From: Escherichia coli
GTDB taxonomy: Bacteria > Pseudomonadota > Gammaproteobacteria > Enterobacterales > Enterobacteriaceae
Reading direction: 5' to 3' (one strand)
Assembly (NCBI RefSeq): GCF_003334255.1
Contig: NZ_QOWU01000175.1
Length of the DNA: 1,099 bases
Each line of letters starts with the position of its first letter. Position 1 is the first letter of the stretch. A model generated the notes under the pieces. That model saw nothing but the letters and a program-made list of their open reading frames with translations, had not been told where the DNA came from and made no database searches. Made by a program: the position numbers and the translations under genes. Positions 1 through 1,099 of the stretch are shown here, piece after piece.

Positions 1-68
1 CCACCACTCATCACCAGAAGCCCGGCCAGAGAAGATGACAGGAGTGTCATTGTAAACTTTTTACTCAT
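1..68 (-). CDS. 5' end of a gene continuing beyond the window start; N-terminus resembles a signal peptide or membrane anchor (product unknown)
   Basis: ATG at 68..66 (minus) preceded by CAGGAT with an 8-nt spacer; translation [23 protein letters not shown] has a basic n-region (KK) followed by a hydrophobic stretch; codons are typical enterobacterial (CTG, GCC, GGG). Only 22 complete codons are visible, so the call is weak. Confidence 0.4.
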   Translation of the reverse strand, partial: [22 protein letters not shown]

Positions 69-76
69 TATGGATA

Positions 77-80
77 TCCT
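77..80 (-). promoter_or_regulatory. Shine-Dalgarno-like AGGA for the gene starting at 68
   Basis: Minus strand reads CAGGATATCCATA-ATG; AGGA at 80..77 lies 8 nt from the ATG at 68..66. Confidence 0.35.
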
Positions 81-103
81 GTTAAATTATCTGTATACAA
101 ATC

Positions 104-144
104 AGCCGTAACACACTCATAAAAAAGTCTGATTAATTACGGCT
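104..144. repeat. Perfect 8-bp inverted repeat AGCCGTAA (104-111) / TTACGGCT (137-144) with 25-bp spacer
   Basis: Read directly from the sequence; lies 36-76 bp upstream of the minus-strand ATG at 68. Function (operator or RNA stem) unknown. Confidence 0.5.
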
Positions 145-164
145 TTATTCAGGATATTCCGAAA

Positions 165-194
165 ATAAATTTAAAAATTAATTTTATAAATTTA
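165..194. repeat. 9-bp direct repeats ATAAATTTA (165-173 and 186-194) flanking a perfect 12-bp A/T palindrome AAAATTAATTTT (174-185)
   Basis: Read directly from the sequence; repeat spacing is 21 bp (about two helical turns) in a stretch that is almost pure A/T. Confidence 0.4.
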
Positions 195-258
195 GGATTT
201 GTCTTACATTATTCTGGGCATACCTGCTCACGCATACGACCACACCGCCGGAACAGAT

Positions 259-345
259 ATCAGAAAAAACTTACCCCAGTCAGACTTGCTGTTTCACATC
301 TGCTTACACTGTAATTTGTGAACAAAATTACAACATCAGAAAAAA
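259..345. repeat. Exact 11-bp direct repeat ATCAGAAAAAA at 259-269 and 335-345
   Basis: Read directly from the sequence; on the minus strand both copies read TTTTTTCTGAT, and the 335-345 copy follows the hairpin at 346-361. Confidence 0.4.
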
Positions 346-361
346 TTAACTATTCAGTTAA
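340..361 (-). terminator. Weak terminator-like hairpin plus T-run downstream of the 427..1008 CDS
   Basis: On the minus strand, TTAACT-GAAT-AGTTAA (plus 346-361) is followed immediately by TTTTTT (plus 340-345). The stem is only 6 bp with a single G:C pair, so predicted stability is low. Confidence 0.2.
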
Positions 362-426
362 CATGAAATATTTACAGGAGGAATAGTTCATGAGGGAAAG
401 AAATGTTTCCCCCATATTTTTATCTG

Positions 427-1008
427 TTATTCCTGTGCCCAGCCAACCCTGTATGCCAGTATCTCATCCGCACTGGTCAGCTTTTCCAGCTCTTTCTTCA
501 TGGTGCGCTGCCGGACGTGGATTTCCATCCCTTTGGTAAACATCGCCTGCTCTGCAGCAGCACTCAGAGCAATCAGTGTTTCAGCGTCCATCGGTACGTC
601 ATTATTGTCCGCATCCGTCCAGAAAAACTGCTCCGGCAGTTTCCCCGCTTTCGCTGCCGCCACCGACGGCTCAAGACGCGTCTGCGTTGACTTCCCGTAG
701 TCCCATTTACGCCCATTGTGCTCAAACGTGTAGTTCGCCGCTTCCATCGCATTACGCCAGGCGTTGATCCCGGCGGTTTTGAGTTCTCTGGCTTTTTCCG
801 GGCTGATGGATGGCTGTACATATTCTGCAATTTCACCGGCCTCTCCTCTCAGACAAGCGGCATAAATATCCCGCCCGTATGCTTCGGTATCGCTGGCTGT
901 TGCAGTGAAAGGAACCGCCTGCTCAATGTGCTCAAACTTCACCATGCAATTGACAGCAGTGTGCTCTTTATCTGCCCATTGCGGATTGCTTATTTTTTCC
1001 ACATTCAT
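427..1008 (-). CDS. Phage tail-associated protein, tail-fibre-assembly/chaperone-type (possibly DUF4376-like C-terminal region); 193 aa from the SD-supported start
   Basis: Only long ORF with protein-like composition (six-frame track 427..1083, stop TAA at 427-429). Minus strand reads ACAGGAG-ATG-AAC-ATG: AGGAG at 1015-1019, ATG at 1012-1014 (0-nt spacer) and ATG at 1006-1008 (6-nt spacer), so 1008 is the best-supported start, giving MNVEKISNPQWADKEH... A further in-frame ATG at 1081-1083 overlaps an upstream stop (TAATG) and is an alternative start. Family call rests on remembered similarity of the C-terminal stretch (FFWTDADNNDVPMDAETLIALSAAAEQAMF...EILAYRVGW) to small prophage tail-fibre-adjacent proteins; no search was run. 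Confidence 0.78.
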   Translation of the reverse strand: MNVEKISNPQWADKEHTAVNCMVKFEHIEQAVPFTATASDTEAYGRDIYAACLRGEAGEIAEYVQPSISPEKARELKTAGINAWRNAMEAANYTFEHNGRKWDYGKSTQTRLEPSVAAAKAGKLPEQFFWTDADNNDVPMDAETLIALSAAAEQAMFTKGMEIHVRQRTMKKELEKLTSADEILAYRVGWAQE

Positions 1009-1014
1009 GTTCAT

Positions 1015-1019
1015 CTCCT
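1015..1019 (-). promoter_or_regulatory. Shine-Dalgarno (AGGAG) for the 427..1008 CDS
   Basis: Plus-strand CTCCT at 1015-1019 is AGGAG on the minus strand, 6 nt upstream of the ATG at 1008..1006. Confidence 0.55.
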
Positions 1020-1099
1020 GTCTGTCAGTATGCGCGCTGGAACAGCCCGATGCCTTCATTGTCATTTGTCGACGTAATTTCATTACACACCATCCATGA

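Larger units (their letters stand above)
74..157. repeat. 8-bp inverted repeat ATATCCTG (74-81) / CAGGATAT (150-157) enclosing the 104-144 inverted repeat; the proximal arm overlaps the SD of the downstream gene
   Basis: Read directly from the sequence; the 74-81 arm also contains the palindrome GGATATCC (72-79). Confidence 0.4.
69..426. promoter_or_regulatory. AT-rich intergenic spacer between two co-oriented minus-strand genes; presumed promoter/leader region for the downstream gene
   Basis: No ORF longer than ~28 codons on the minus strand in three-frame hand translation; about 32% G+C by hand count versus roughly 50-57% in sampled blocks of the CDS; contains A/T tracts, palindromes and repeats. 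No convincing sigma70 -35/-10 pair was found, so promoter position is unresolved. Confidence 0.5.

Noticed and set aside
86-91. GATAAT (minus strand, 91..86) as the -10 element of the downstream gene's promoter
   Set aside because: It would place the transcription start at ~79, inside the Shine-Dalgarno sequence, and there is no acceptable -35 (GTGTTA/TGTTAC) at 16-18 bp spacing.
1-111. Plus-strand frame-1 reading open from position 1 to TAA at 109-111 (...PPLITRSPAREDDRSVIVNFLLIMDILLNYLYTNQP*) as the 3' end of a plus-strand gene
   Set aside because: All three Arg codons are rare AGA/AGG, and the opposite strand has an ATG with SD-like CAGGAT at correct spacing plus a signal-peptide-like N-terminus; the minus-strand interpretation is preferred but not certain.
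211-300. GC-rich island within the spacer as a small RNA or small-protein gene
   Set aside because: No ORF longer than ~28 codons with a start codon and no convincing stable stem-loop or terminator found by eye; kept only as a composition note in the spacer finding.
69-426. tRNA gene, attachment-site core, CRISPR repeats or IS/MITE terminal inverted repeats in the spacer
   Set aside because: No tRNA-like conserved arms, no regularly spaced repeat-spacer units, and the inverted repeats found are short (8 bp) and internal, not terminal. A prophage att core cannot be recognised from a single sequence without a comparator.
73-1073. Palindromic restriction sites (GATATC 73-78, GTTAAC 357-362, GTCGAC 1068-1073) as possible evidence of an engineered junction
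   Set aside because: Isolated 6-bp palindromes are expected at this frequency in natural DNA, and there are no vector-like flanks or polylinker clustering.
403-1099. Plus-strand ORFs from the six-frame track (403..690, 500..700, 576..767, 718..1077, 905..1099) and the minus-strand 573..836 ORF nested inside the main CDS
   Set aside because: All lie antisense to, or out of frame within, the 427..1083 coding frame and have Arg/Ser/Cys-rich, low-complexity translations typical of shadow ORFs. Only the 403 start has an SD-like GAGGG with 6-nt spacing, which I judge coincidental.

Overview
This window looks like a prophage accessory junction, with all supported genes on the minus strand. A ~193-218 aa minus-strand CDS (427..1008, possibly starting at 1083) has the composition and C-terminal motifs of a small phage tail-fibre-assembly/chaperone-type protein; that family call is from memory, not a search. 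An upstream minus-strand gene appears to end at 1083-1085 in a TAATG stop/start overlap. Downstream lies a ~358-bp AT-rich non-coding spacer (69-426, about one-third G+C by my hand count) with a more GC-rich island (~211-300) and several repeats and palindromes. A second minus-strand gene starts at 68 and runs off the window edge; its first 23 residues ([23 protein letters not shown]) look like a signal peptide or membrane anchor, so its identity cannot be determined here. No rRNA, tRNA, CRISPR array or recognisable mobile-element end is visible. The most interesting unexplained signals are a nested pair of 8-bp inverted repeats that could sequester the downstream gene's Shine-Dalgarno sequence in a structured leader, and a divergent 49-codon plus-strand ORF (390..539) with a consensus AGGAGG site. 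Everything beyond ORF and motif inspection is inference.
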